Positions 13,286 through 27,787 are shown, numbered from the stretch's first letter. The stretch: 64,000 nucleotides of DNA from Botryllus schlosseri (GCA_051294905.1 CM119372.1:8494001-8558000); one strand, 5' to 3'. The notes: generated from the letters alone by a model not told the origin. Program-made: numbers and translations.

Positions 13286-14221
13286 TATAGTCATAACTAA
13301 ACGGAAAATGGACGTGTAAACAGGTTTTTAGAGCACCTACTCGGAAAAATGACCTTATTTTTAGTCAATTCACCAGCGATCAGGGTTAGATGAATAAATT
13401 TCTCGTATATATGTCCTTATTTTTGGATCCGTAAATATTGGCGGGCGAAAATTTGTGTCGAGAAGGGGGTGATTATTCGAAAAGAGTTTGGAACCACTGC
13501 TATAGAGTCTCGTGTCACCGGCATTCCCAGTGGAGTCTCTAGCAAAGTTACAGAGGTGTTCCCGTTCTCTGATCACTGACAATATCTGAGGTGGTAAACC
13601 TTCGACACGGTGGTCATGTGACCACTTCCGGTATCGCGATTTAGCAAATAGTCTTGACGGTTTAAGTATATACGGATTGAAAGTCACAAAACACTATATT
13701 AATCAGTGCATTGTGAGTTTGTGACAATATATATTGATGAGCCGGATTTTGCCTGAATGGTTGAGATCCAGGGGATTTGTAGGAATTTAAAAGCATAACA
13801 TAGAGTCATAGACCCATCACATCAGTTATTAAATGATACAAAATACTGTTGTACCAAATATTATGAAAACCGCATGTATTACTATAAATCAAAATTCTTA
13901 TACGGAATTGTTCTTCAATTCCACCTATACGACAGGGACCCATATCCAATCAAAGCGCACATCTAGTCCAGTTCAAAGGCAAGGGCATTTTGTGACGTTA
14001 GCATCACTGCGATCTAGTGGATTGTAACATGCATATTGCATACGTATATCTGTGCTTGTCACATGGGCGCGTGTGGCATCAGGCGCCGGGCGGGGCACAG
14101 TAGGTTATTATCTAATTCTGACTATTACGGCCTACTCCTTTATCATTTACATCGCATATTTTATTCTATGTATATGATGATTGGTTCGTAAACTCTCAGT
14201 CAAGTAGAGTTGGGTATGGAC

Positions 14222-14541
14222 TAGGCTTACCATACGTCCTCGGAGTGTCTTCGTAGGACGGCCTTTTGTCCTCTTTTTTGAGATTTTGTCCTCTTTTTTG
14301 AAAAATGTAGGTCAGATTTATAGCAAATTGCGAGTGATAAGCCGTAAATTGGTACAGAGGGTATTTCGGAGCGAAAAACGCTATATTGAGCTCCGAGCGG
14401 AAAGATGACTTTTTTTTTTTAGTCAACCGGTCACCAAGTGGGAAAAATTCACCGGTTTTTGAGAATTCTACTCCAGTTTTGCAAGTCTCAAATTTCTGAA
14501 AAAGCGTCCTCTTTTTAGATTTCCAAAATATGGTAAGCCTA
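14222..14541. mobile_element. hAT-type MITE, family B (GAGGACA subterminal repeats)
   Basis: TAGGCTTACCATA...TATGGTAAGCCTA; exact TSD GTATGGAC. Confidence 0.9.
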
Positions 14542-17500
14542 GTATGGACAAGTGTGATCGGACGACTTCACATACACTGTACAAAGTGTACGTGTACAAT
14601 TGTACATTGTACAATTGCGTTGCCTGTAATTGACGTACCGTGACTCAACGTTGTATCATCATATCGTAAAGGTATTCGGGAGGCAAGCATGTCCGTCCAC
14701 GTCAGTGTGGTATACGCTAGCCCTCCGGCACGGCTTGCTTTTGGATATGTTGAGGTTTTGTGAATCGGTTACCTACATTGTACATATGCACTCGACCTAA
14801 TTACGATTTGCCGCCTTTTTGGAAATGGATAATAACTATGGACGCGTAACGGCAAATGCTTGTTTATGGCAAGAGGGAGGGAAAAATTAGTAATACATCC
14901 ACGGTTTTGGTGTAATCTAGTCGTAGAGTTGAAATCCGCGGATAAGATATATATAAGTTGGTTGACATCGACTGGGTAGCTATTTTCGATCTGACCATTC
15001 GTCGCAATCAAATAATTTCGGCACATTTCCGCGTGCGTTCTGGTTCATTTACAATACCATACTTGGGAATATAATACGAGCTTAATATAACCACTAACCA
15101 GGTTTCAAAGCAACGCCGCGCGGCTCGTATTATATGTGGTATTGTAATAACAATCAATCAGAACTGTTCACGTCAGGATTATAAAATATGTACCAGAAAA
15201 ATATGAACGATTTCAAGCATTGCTGTTGAGCAAACCGCAATCCAGATCATTTATGATTTCCAATTCACACACATTACTAATAGCGACAGCGATTATAATA
15301 TTATTGCCTAATTTTCAATCTCCCAAAATCGAATTGCCGTACGTTCACCGAAATATCTGCGACTACATAATACAAGGTATAAATGCTCGATTGCACCTGT
15401 ACTCCGCCGCACCACCAGTGGGAAAACGTGTTTAATCCGTTAAATAGCTATTCGACTTTTGAGCTGTATCTGTTTGCGGTACCTAACACGCTGTACGGGA
15501 GCAGCTTTCACTCTTGTTTGCCTAATATAGATGAGGGGAGGAAAATTATTTGTTTTATTTAGCGATAATTCGGCAACTGCCTATTCAACATTGTTCCTCC
15601 CAGAATCTGGTTTTGGGTGATTAACGCCATCGAGAAGTCATATACGCCGCACGTGTCTTTTTCTATTTCGAAACAGCTATGATCCCTTACCCTACAGAAG
15701 CAGGGGGTTAACAGGGGTAAAGCTCTGGTGGTTTGTGTTTCGTTCTCTATACCGGCGTGCATCTTTTTAACGTTTGGAAAGCGCCTTTATGGCACGCAAA
15801 TTCCTTTTACGCGTAACGAAAAGGGAACTCATAATAACTGGCGTTAGAAATTATAGAGGGGCACAGACCATCTGAATTGTGCACTCTTTGATACTGGAAA
15901 GGCGAAGTAGATACGATCATTGTTTTCATTTGATAATGTAGGATAATGCTTGTCTTATGCGGTTACGCACCATACGCCCGCGACCCCTTCCGTCAGTGCA
16001 ACAAACTTTGCCCTTATAAAATCATTAATGTGTTTGTTCGCACTTGCCCGTACGCCAGGTGTTGATAGAAAAAGGCAAGCTACAGTATATTGTGTTACGT
16101 CGGTGGCCGTGCCATTCTCTTTCGTGTACGGTGGCGTTGGCACGAAACGGCTTTCACACACACTGTCTATTTCACGTTACTAGTGTTACTGGCGGTATAC
16201 AGTCACTTACAATCGAATGTCAATCAGTACGTTAAAACGTTCGACAGCATGAACATTAGAAAATGCACGCTTAAATTCCGATATCTTTGATTTTTGTTAG
16301 TTGCTATAGATTGAGATAGACTCAGCGCGTGGTTTGTTTGTTTGTGATATTCATGATGTGTTTCAACTACAATACTCATTTACACCAGGCTGATATTATT
16401 TTTTATCGTGATTCCGTATTTGCCGACTTGTAAGCACGGCAAGATACCGCCTACGCGGATTTAATGGCGAGGAGGAGCTTTGATAAACATCCAACACTTG
16501 GGAAGGGAATCTGGATTCGGCGGGGGCGGGGGGTATTTGATCAGTAAAACGTATTTTAAAAATGACGAGACATCAATAAATCATGATGACGTCATAAAAA
16601 TGGCCACATAGCGATATTTTTGCATATATATTTATGCAGCTTGCGCGCCTGGCTGTGTCCAATCCCAGTGATTTCTATATATATAGATATCCGTGGTCCA
16701 GTCCATATTCGCTGCTTCGACAATCGTCGAAAAACAAGGCGAGACTTTAAACAGTGCTTTTGTTACGAATTTTGCGCCTCATTTCTAGACAATGTTACAA
16801 AAGTCTTCTGGCATACATTTCTTGGGTTTACTATCCAAACTTCCCAGATTATCAGCAGTATCGTGCATCTGTTTCATCTGTTCAAAACTAAAGAGAGTAA
16901 GTAGTATTACATTAGAGATTACTAACCGTAATTACATCATGCCGAACGTGTTTCGTAATGTTTTGGATATAAACAATTCCGACGGGCAGAAACATATTGC
17001 ACTCGACCACAACAACAGAACCTGTTTACATAAACATGCGTTCCTAAACTGACAAATCGATACTGTTGATATCGAGTTCACACGCGAGAACGCACTACAA
17101 ATCTAAAGTGCACGTAAACGCGGAATTTTGCGGTGTCAAAACGAAACGTGCCTTCGCGAGAGATGTACCGCGGGAGGTCCGCATGCCTTTTTGAGGTCCA
17201 TTCTATCTCTTGAACTCCGCGCATGGGTTCATTTATCTCGTCGCTACCAGACAAACACGTGCATTCAGTATTGTGAATATTTATACATCACGACGAATGC
17301 CACTGCGAATGTTACAAGAGCTATCGATGAAATAAACAAAATGGTGGCCTCTTCGTGATGCAGGCGGAAATTTAGAAAGACGACGTACTCGCTTATGCGC
17401 GTCGACGTAAGGACGCACTGGTAGGCCCCCGGCAGAGCATTTTACATCGAGCATATTAATATATGCGATGGTGCCACTCAGTGTCGTTACACCAGATTTA

Positions 17501-20477
17501 GTGTATTCTGAGTTGAACTCGTTTTCTATCGTAATATTTTTCAAACTTTTGCTAACCTATAGTCAAACTAGGATACTAGTTTGATGTCAGTTATATAATA
17601 GGCTATGCTATATACTTGAACGGATGGCAATTAAAATCGTCTACAATTGTTCACGTAGCACAAGGACGAGATCCAGTCAACTGTTTCGCCTAGCCTGCCA
17701 TACATTTTTATCAGTAGCAGAGAATTTATTACCCCACATTTACGAACTGCCAAGTCAAGGCGCGCGTCAAAATATTAACATGGACTCGAGAACTTATACC
17801 ATATAGTCCAGACGCGATTGCGTAGTGCGCATAAGCAGGGCAATACTGTGTAATGTCAAAAGATTAATTCGTCATTTGCCGAGTCTTCTTGTAGCTTTAT
17901 TGGTCTTAATCAATGCATTACTTCATAGTTTATAATTGACTTCATGATTTTTCAACTAGTCTTCTGTGGGTCTATCTAATGTTATTTAGTATGCGAATCA
18001 AGTATTTTGTTGCGAACCTCTAGTGACGACACTGCCAGCAAGAGATGACCAGCCCGCGGCCTTTAATTCCTGTCAACGCAAACCAATCGTCAATCACAGT
18101 CTTCAGGTTTCTTTCAACATTGTCGGCGCTTACCAGCTAGAATACATTCTGACACACTTTCTCCGGATAAGATTTTCAAAGCCTCTGGGATACAGAGACC
18201 GTCGGCATGCGTCTAAAGTACGGCCCAGACAAAATTAGTCGCGTGCCGTTGAAATCCATGGATCTTTCACCGGCACGCTATATTACAGAATTTGCAATCG
18301 GGAACAACTGCTGATTAACGTAATGCCGATGGATCCAATTCACTGCGCAGCTGATGTTTAGCCGCATGTCTGCCATTATAGAAGTATTTCTAGGCGGTTA
18401 GATGTCATTGATGAGATATGATACGGAATCTTTCAACATATGCGGCCTTATTGGTGTCTATACTGACTGAGCAATTGGCATTCATACCCTGCCGCCCTAC
18501 TGGGGGTTAAAGATATGCAATGTTACCCGGCTCAGAAAACCGGAACTTTGGGCAATTTATATAAAATACACGAGTGGTGCTTTATGATTATTGTAAATCG
18601 GACCAGGCATAATTATTTACAGTGATTATTCCGGTGCAGTTCAATTATAATAATATTCAACGATCGATAGTGTATTTTGTACAATAACACGGTCATTTTT
18701 ATCGCCTGCATCCGCCATTTTAACCCTGTTTAGGATGATAACTTCTTTTTCGCTTGTACCACTAATCTTCGCTGGGAGAAATGCTTGGTTAAAATATTCT
18801 ATTTTGCCCACACGACCTCGCTTGCCACGATTTGTCATAGTAAATTCAATAATTTGGCTCTGCTCTTCAATTCGCCTTGGAACATCTATTTTCAGATATT
18901 TTGTAACCACATATAACAGTCTTCACAAATATACATTTTAAGTTAACAATTGACTATTGAAATGACAACTATTACAGATATATGATTATATAAAGATGCG
19001 GGGAATTTATGTCATACTTCTCGCAATTTCACCTCACTTTAGGAAACTGGTTTGCCTTGCACACGTATCAGTACACAATATAAAATGCGCTACACAAGAT
19101 GTAATGCGATGAACGCAGACAGGATTCATGGGAAGGTGTCGGGAAACTACCATGCGCGGTATATCAATCTAGCATCCCCCTGACCAACTGGTATATATAG
19201 GCTAGTAATGATAATGCTTGACATAACGGCACCATTGGTATTCTCCGTGATTGCTATCTCCTTTCTTGTTGGCGCTATAGCTATATATGCGTCCTTCCCC
19301 GGGTATTTTTATGTACTTTTTTTGCAAATCCGCTGTAATACCAGGGATGTATGGAGAAGGAGACCACACATCGAAACGTTTCAAACACTTCCAAACGTAC
19401 GGTTGGTGGAAGATTAACCATTTTTGCTTATTGGATTTGCACATGTATCTATCTGCAAGGCAATGAATATTTTAAAATTATAAAATATGTGTGAACATGA
19501 TCATCTGTACCGACCATCACTAGACGCATTATCACTTGATCACCCGAATTCCGGTGGGAACTCTCCTCCGGTTGTTGAGGTCATAAAATATATATCATTG
19601 GAACCAGCGCAACAATTAATGTGCATGCGCGACTTCGTCGTTGCTGTAAAAATATTTTCCTAAACCGCGCTACGTGATCTCCGTTTGGTACGTGATAAAA
19701 CCGGACGCCGGACGCGTTCACTCGTGCGCGATCGCTGGACTTCGTATTATTCTTCTTCTACAAATAAACAGGCAAATAAATTCAATATCGCTTTCCAGTG
19801 GCCTTCGTCCCGTACACTGGAAAATAGAGTTTGTAGCAGGCAAATGATCTGCGCCGAAGCCCGTTGACGGACATCTACGGTAAAGTCAACAGCGCGTCTG
19901 TCGGCAAGTCTATTCTTCGTTAGAGCGAAATTTATAATCTTCTCCCGGCTGGCATTCCGGTTTGTATTTTTTTAATATCGCTCCTTGCTTGAATCGCGGG
20001 TGCGAAACAACGCCCTTCCGCAGTGAATTGTATCCGCACAATCCGTATTCAGAGCGCTGTTCTTCTATTTTTATAAATTAAAACAGGGAGAAGACACCTA
20101 AGTTGAACATTTTCCTGCTCCTATACATGCACCGAGATCTTATACGCTCACTGCGTATAGTTTATGGAATAGAATTTTAACATGCATCGAAGTGTATACT
20201 TCGGTGTATGCATATATAGTTAGTGCTGTTGTACACTCTCACAAAATCGTGCTAAAATTGCTACTGAATCCCTAACGTGTGTGATGAAATATACGTAGTC
20301 AGTGCTGTTGTACACTTTCAGTACATCTTGTCGGGCTTCCTACTGCATCACTAATGAATTTCAAATGGGTCTCGTCTTTCGCACAATATCTATGTGCCAA
20401 CAATGTGATCATGTGAGGTACGACTGTCACGTTTTTATACTGTCACGTGTGTAAGTATTTTAATGTCAGGTCATATC

Positions 20478-20990
20478 TAGGGTTGGGCAAAATCGAGTAC
20501 CTGAGTGATTCGATTCTGAATCACGTAATATGCTTCGAATCGAATTATCGAGTATCACTCATTAGGACATCATCACATAGTGTGATACGTTAAAGTTCAA
20601 ATATGTACCTTTTGTGCCACCACAAAGAATACAATGTCTGTTATCCATCACATAAAAGATATTTTGGTATTTTTTCGACCATACCGATTTCGTTCCACTT
20701 GGTGCCAATGTTGTGGGATAATCATGACTTCGGAAATGTGCTACGTCAAGTAACCTTGGTAGCTTTTCTACTATATGTTTCGTATGCTACGATACCGCCG
20801 ATCAAGGGTTCAAAGCTTCAACGGTGAAAATTAGTATCAAAACTATGATTCTCGTTGATAAATTAACTTTCAATGGTGAGAAGCGTATAATTTCGCTACT
20901 CGAAAAAATCGTCTTTTACTACTCGACTCGAATCATTAGAATAAATACTCGATTATGATTCGAGTACTCGAATCATTGTGTCCAGCCCTA
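20478..20990. mobile_element. hAT-type MITE (TCGAGTA/TCGAATC subterminal repeats)
   Basis: TAGGGTTGGGC...TCCAGCCCTA termini; imperfect flank duplication TCATATC. Confidence 0.6.
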
Positions 20991-22609
20991 GACTCATATC
21001 TCGGGTAACTGTGGCATTGTGGCATAACTCCATCTATAATTATGTGCTATCAAACATCAATTTATTAATTATAGACGCAGAGGAATAAAAATAGGCAAAT
21101 TGCGGCGGAAACCACTGTATGATGGTCGGTGATTTTGCTATCAAATGCCTAGCCGGGCATGCATTTTCGTGCACCAGCGGCACTCATAACAAGAGCTGGC
21201 CAAAATCGAGCACCTGAGAGATTCGGTTTGCAATAGACTATTATCGGCTTCGAATGGAGTGTACCGGTATCACGACAGTATGGGTGATTTGGAAAGTTCA
21301 AATCTGTACTTACAAACAATAATGCGAGCTAAACCCTACTATAAAGATAATTCGGCAATTTTTCGACCATGAAAATTTCATTGTGTTTTGAGAAAATGCT
21401 GGGGATTATAGGCACTATATATATTTCACATAAATGTCGTTGCTCTTAACGTACATGACTTTGTGTTGTTGAGGGTGTTGAAAATCGATCGATGGCAATA
21501 TGGTTTTTGCAACAAAAATGAGATCATGTATGAATAAACGAGATCAGTGCCCCTTTCCAAGTTCTATTTATGAATGCGATACTGGATCTTTAGATGACCA
21601 AATTCCACTATAGCTCTCGCCTTCAAATTTGAAATCTTTGCCAACTTAAATTGTAATTAAGGACATCATTATTTCTCCCGGTACTGTGTGCCATCTCAAT
21701 AAACTTCTCATTCCGTCCTGAAGACGGATGCCCGAAGACAAACAAACCGGCAACCTCAGTTTAATCCCATTATTTGCCTATAGTCGCATGCGCATTCATT
21801 CTAGCGAACAGCTTCTGCGAGAGTGTCATAATCGCGCGCGCACACTTGAAATTTCTCAACTCGGAAAATCTTCGGCAAACACCGGTCCAGATATGCGCCT
21901 AAAAAGCTACTCACCGCGGCTTCGCACGTTTAGCGGCAGCGCGAAAACTTCGGTTCGCCTCCGTTCCAACAGCCCGCGCAGATGGGTGTGTTTGTCTACG
22001 TGCGTGTCGGTCCGTGACTGAGATTACCCGGTACGGTGCGACCTCGCCAATTGGAGTTGAGCCCGGGAATTAGCTCGACGTTCGGTAAACAAATCGCATT
22101 CGACATAAATCGCGTCACCTTGAAAAGGATAACGGGTGCTGGCGATCGCGCGGGCGATAATCGCAACAAAAAGGAATTTCTTTAACACCTGTATGTCTAA
22201 GCTCCACGCTTGGCCGCTAAGGGATGCGGCGCGGCCGCGGGCAGGCCAGGTGTAACCGGAATCGGTGGTGAAGGATGGGTAAAAGCTGTTGCGTTGGGCG
22301 TTCGCGGTATGGGAAGTGGGGATTGCGGCCGTTTTTACTCGGAAACGGTGCCTTTGATAAAGGTGTGAATCTTTACGTTGCGCTCTTGCGATGTATTGGT
22401 TGATTGACGCGTATAGTCGGCGGTGGTATCGTTTTGCTCATTGATATTTTACTATTTCAATAATGCTCCGACAAGACGCAATATTTTCGAGCTGACACTC
22501 ATCGGGAACAATCGCCAGTGTGTTTGTTCGAATTTTTATGCATGCGACGTCGTAATTACGGCTGTTGATATACAAAATAGATTCGAATTCTCTACAGTTG
22601 CTGGTGATT

Positions 22610-22644
22610 GCTCGTGATCAGTGTCAGCACGAAAATGTTCGGGT
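22610..22644 (+). repeat. Degenerate hammerhead-bearing repeat, copy 2
   Basis: GTGATCA-GTGTCAGCAC-GAAA-ATGT-TC-GGGT; CTGACGA box mutated; flanks 22562-22715 homologous to the other copies. Confidence 0.7.
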
Positions 22645-24567
22645 TTATTTCGAGTATATGGATAATGAATTATTCAATTGTGTATTGAAGTTATGTGCCG
22701 CCTAGAGTCACTTCGAAAAATGAAATTCTCCTTTTCAAATGGGGCCAACCAACGTCAAAGCAGTGTGGAATTGTGTGATCGCATATTGTGAGCATTTAAA
22801 ACTCTATAAACACTTCATTTTGGTATACCTCAATCTCACAAATACCACAATCTAATTAAACCAAGGACATCACTCCAATCTTCGCAAGCGACGATGCGAA
22901 GAATTTCTGCAACTATATATGCCGAATCAGAGTTCGACAACTTGAAATGTTCTGCTTTTCCAAAATAGATTAGACTTAGAATTATAGCTACATAGTTTTT
23001 TTTCCCAAATTAAACTAGAACTAGGATTATATACTCAGTTTTTTTAAAAATGAGATTATAATTAGAATCACTGAATTCGCGATAACTTGGAAATTGAATT
23101 CAAGTTCAATTCATATCGTATCTAATCAGAGTTCATTATCATAAGCAGAAACAGTTTGAGCCTAAAAACATTTCACAAATTATTACATTATAATTAGATT
23201 ATTAGATTAGGCATTTCGCTCTAATTAGTATAATAAGAAAGCCACTCGCGATACGCTTTATTCGCTTCTGAAATATTTCGTACATAACTTCAGTCGGGCA
23301 CATTTGATATTCGACACCGTGCACACCCGATACTTGTCATACACATGTCATACCGCCACGGGAATATAGTCACTAGCGCGCTGGTCCGCTTACATCCGTT
23401 GCGTTCAAGCTGAGATATTCTTGGAGAGAGAGATAGGGAGAGTAAAGGGTATCGTTCGGTGGGCCGGCGCGGAACTCAAACGCACGAGAGACAGCGGTAC
23501 CTGAGCGTGAACTGAATCATCAGAAATCTTCGTGGGTGTCTGCGTAGCGAGATGCGGTTTGGTTTTTAAAGCGAGCGGCCGCGAGCGTCTTAATTTAAAA
23601 CATTAACAATGCTTCTCCGCGCTAAACTAACAACAGGTGGACGGATTCCAACCAGTCGATCAACTTATTTGTCATCGAATACTAAACCCTCACTCATCCT
23701 TGACATCTATTCCCGTCCCATATTCTCCTACGGCAGAACAAGGTCGCGTCGTATAGGGCGATACCGCACAATAACAACAACAACAATTGCGCAACTCGCC
23801 TTTTTGCTTTCAAGGTTGTTTATTCGATTCCAAATATATGAGAATCAAGAATAACACACAGGTCGCGACTTTAATACACTCGTGTGAATACAGAACATCA
23901 GCTGACCAGCATAGGACATTGGGACACGGGCGTAAAGCCAAGCCAAGCCTAGTTCATTTTTTATGTGAAGTGACGCCAGGCATAGATTAATACCTTGACG
24001 CAATGAGGTAATATGACATCACAATGCATAAAGTGATGAATTTGGGAAGTGTTTTTTCTCTCTTGCTGTTGAGCTTGAAGTCTAACTTATATTATAATGA
24101 CATTGCTAGTTAAGGTCATAAATTTTAGAAACCTATACATTCGACGAACAGTTGTATCTTTCAGTGCCTTCTGTCTTTGTGCATATTTGTGGCGCATTAG
24201 TAGCCTATATACGTGGCGATTATAGGTAAAATATTTGAGACTTGAAATGATTCCAGTGCTAAACTTAGTATATACAAATGGTAACCAGAGTTGTACAAAC
24301 TATATCAATCTAGTTAGTCAACTAACTACTGGATATTTGAGGAGTTCTAGATCTAGTTCTAGCTACGGATGGATATTGACAAGTGAGTATAGTTCTAGTT
24401 CTGGTTCAAAATTTTAAAATACGGTAGTTTGTACAAGCCTGATGATCAGTAACGCATTCGCTACAAACAAAATAACCTCAAACTCGCTGTACGTACGGTA
24501 CCGATGTACCCGCGAGCACGTGAATATTGAAGACGAAGGCAAAAATACTTCTTTAACCACCCATAAG

Positions 24568-24959
24568 TAGGGTTACCATATTTTGGAAACGGGAAAGGAC
24601 GACACTTTTTCAAAATTTTCAGAGATATAATTCCGGAGAAATTTCTTTAGAAAATGGTAAATTTTCCGCACTTCGTGGTCGGTTGACTAAAAATAAAAAA
24701 TAAAAAAAGGTCAACTTGCTCGCTCAGCGACCAAAATACAGTTTTCATTCCCGTTTACAGGTGGTTGACTAAAAAAGGTCATCTTTCCGGCTCAGCTCCC
24801 GAAAAAGCCGCTGGTACGGTATCTCCCTCCAATTTCACAGTAAATTTCACCGAAATCTCAAAATGGAGGACATTTGGGCGTCCTCGGATGACATTTTCAA
24901 AAACCTGAAAATGAAGGACAAATCCTCCTAAGGGAGGACGTATGGTATTGGTAACCCTA
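24568..24959. mobile_element. hAT-type MITE, family B
   Basis: TAGGGTTACCATA...GGTAACCCTA; 6/8 TSD CCCATAAG/CCCGTACG. Confidence 0.8.
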
Positions 24960-27301
24960 CCCGTACGAACAATGCTTTCTCCAGCGTGCAAGTACAGCGC
25001 GAAAGCGAAGTTATTCTTGCTAATCACCCCTCTTCGCCGGTCGCAACTTTCTTTACCGGAGCGACTGGCCCAGGCGGTTGGTACAAGCCCTATTGTTTAG
25101 CGGACTTGTCATCCCTGAGAGGAACAATAGCCCGGATTAAATTTACCGCCTATCGCCTCTATCCACCGGCCGCGACGCATAAAAGACATCCGATTTGTTG
25201 TAGTTGGCTCGAAAGGCCGAAGCATACATATTTTCAGTGCGGAGAGGGCCACTCAATCATGTTTTGATTTCGTTGCGCGACGCGCGGCCGCTGACGGACA
25301 AGTTGATTCAGCGCACGTCGATGACAAACAGACGCTAAATATTACGCTTACAAGTTCTGTGTGTGCAAGTTATTTAACTCGCGCCGGAATACGTGACGAA
25401 GTAGAAATTTTCTATTTGTACTCACGGAGTTTCGTGGCACCTGGGTCTTTTCCTAAATCGCGCTGCGCATCGATCAAATATTCTCAGGGCTGCGAGGAGT
25501 CCTGTCTGTTAGGCTCTGGTGACGAAGTCGCTGTGTCACGCGCCGCTGTCGCTTGTTTGCTGATCTCGCGTTGAGTCGATGAGGATTGGTGTTATCACAA
25601 TCGCGCATAAAGTGTCGATTTGTTTATACCCGGTGTCACTTAATAGGGTTAATTTTGTAGTGGTGCGCGCTGCGAAATGAGTGGCGATTTAGGTGTTAGA
25701 TTGTGACGCAATCGGTACCTATTATGAAATTGCTCATGCCCGCTCGAGAGTGTAATCTACTAAAGGAAAATTATCTATTGGGATTTCAGTAATCGGTAAT
25801 CACGCTGCGGTTACACTTAATGCTCTAATCTGGTCGACATATTATGTCGGAATTCCCGGTACATATACATATGGAAGACTTAGAAATGCCTTGAAATTTT
25901 ATTTATTCGTCTGACTTGGTGTGAATTGCGAACGTGACTCGTGCCTTTTCAGAATTGACCGACTATCAGAAGTTCGTGGTTTTCTGTCTGCTTACAATGC
26001 CTCGTAAATCTTAATACCTGAAGACCCTGTCGCTGATAGTTTTTCTGTAACTTAGCCCTTGCATCTGCTCTTTCAGCTGCATAAAAATCGAATTAATGTA
26101 CGGGATTCCCCCGTAATTTGAGTGCCCGCGCATTTACTTAGCCAAGTAAATGTAATTAATACCAGGGTTTATTCAGCTGTTATAGCATGCTGTGCTACAA
26201 AACCTCACTGTAGAAAATATTTTTTGATTTCAGGGCAATATTTGCCTATTGCACAGTGCCTTAGAAATCCTCAACCCAATCTAAGACTGATCATCATTTT
26301 GTAGGACATCACTGTAAACCGTCTTACCGTTATATACAATTTTGGTTGGCTAAACTCTAAACAGTTTATGAAACAAGAAACGCTAGTGTGGTTGATGTCG
26401 CTGAAATTTATACTTCGTAATATTTTCACTGCACAGTGCACATCTTTATTTCATTAAGCGGGATATATAAAAATGGCTCCCAACCTTTCCAGTGATGGAC
26501 TCCTAATCAGGATATTTTCATGATCACGGACTGATAAATCCTTTAAGTTAGCGATAACGCGGAAGATTTTAAAAGGCATATCATAGCTGTAGCTGAGCAC
26601 GAAGCAAATTTTTAAGTACCCTTCTAACTGCGAGAATAATAGCGTTGTCGTGAACCAGTGGGAACCACTGCTTTTACAAAATATTGCCGCGCATGAGGAA
26701 AGACTCGTCGTTCTTTTCGGACAGACGGGCCTCGAATTTGAGCAGGTACTTGGAATTTCTACATCGGTGCATGTGATACAGCAAATCCCAACCACACTGC
26801 ATCAATTGTCTTACCAATGATAGGAACTCCTGACCAATTTTCGACTTGACCCACAGTCGAACCTATAACGAATCTCTCGAGAAGGCTGCACGTGCACATG
26901 TGTAATGTCTATACAGTACATCTTGGTAACACGAAAAACATGCCATTTTAATTGACTTGCCCTATTGAACCACGTACTTACCGATTGTCTGCATCAAACA
27001 ACTGTACAGCGTAGCCTACATTGTACAACAAACCCTCCAGAATTTAATCCCGTAATTCGCGCGGGCTCGTGGGAATAAATTATCAGAACATAGCCCTTCC
27101 TGTTGAACTCTCGACATTGATTTCAATGTAATTCTCGAAAGCCGGCGGGAAACGCGTCCGTTTGAAGCAGTACATAACGAGAAAAACATTCCTCATCTGC
27201 GCCGAGATACGTAACGTCCGTAATTGCGGGAATACATTCAGAAATATCGGTGGCTAGGGTCAGTACGATTGTAAATTCATTATCTGCCATTTCGCTCGCA
27301 G

Positions 27302-27369
27302 ATCACATCGATGAAGATTAATCATAATCCGTTTGCGAAAGGCTTCAGGGATGACGACCCAGAAGAATA
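27302..27369 (+). CDS. Tbx1/10: Tbx1/10 exon 5 (T-box C-terminal helices)
   Basis: CGCAG|ITSMKINHNPFAKGFRDDDPEE TA|GTGAGT; follows a 15.2-kb intron. Confidence 0.95.
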
Positions 27370-27429
27370 GTGAGTTTTAACGAGGTATTGGTACGCTGTG
27401 TCTCGGCGATTAATGGCTTTTGCATTTAG

Positions 27430-27542
27430 CAGCTTGGAAATACTCGGCAATTTGCCTTTCGGAGGATCGCGTAAGCGAAGTCATCACAGGCCGAGCTCTC
27501 TGCAGTTGATGGGCGTCGCTGCGAGGCACAGGCAACTTACAG
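27430..27542 (+). CDS. Tbx1/10: Tbx1/10 exon 6
   Basis: 60-bp upstream intron; (Y)SLEILGNLPFGGSRKRSHHRPSSLQLMGVAARHRQLT G|GTAAAT; phases 2/1 join exons 5 and 7 in frame; tandem TAGCAG acceptor. Confidence 0.8.
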
Positions 27543-27787
27543 GTAAATTATATTTGATTATGATTGCGTTCAATAAAGTTTAAACTTTATTTCATTCGCG
27601 ATCAAATGGAAATTACTTAAAGTAGATACATAAAATTTAAGTGTCAAAAACATTCAAGCAAGTGGTTTCAAAAAGTACATATAGAGTTGCGAGGTCGCAT
27701 AATATTATCGCTCAATCGGAGATGACTCCTTCAGAAATCGTAATAGAAATATTCGCTACTAATGCAAAGTTACTGATCCGTGATCAC

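Noticed and set aside
12058-27301. A second, canonical ITQLKIASNPFAKGF exon hidden in the 15-kb intron (mutually exclusive exon)
   Set aside because: None seen by eye; a six-frame search would settle it
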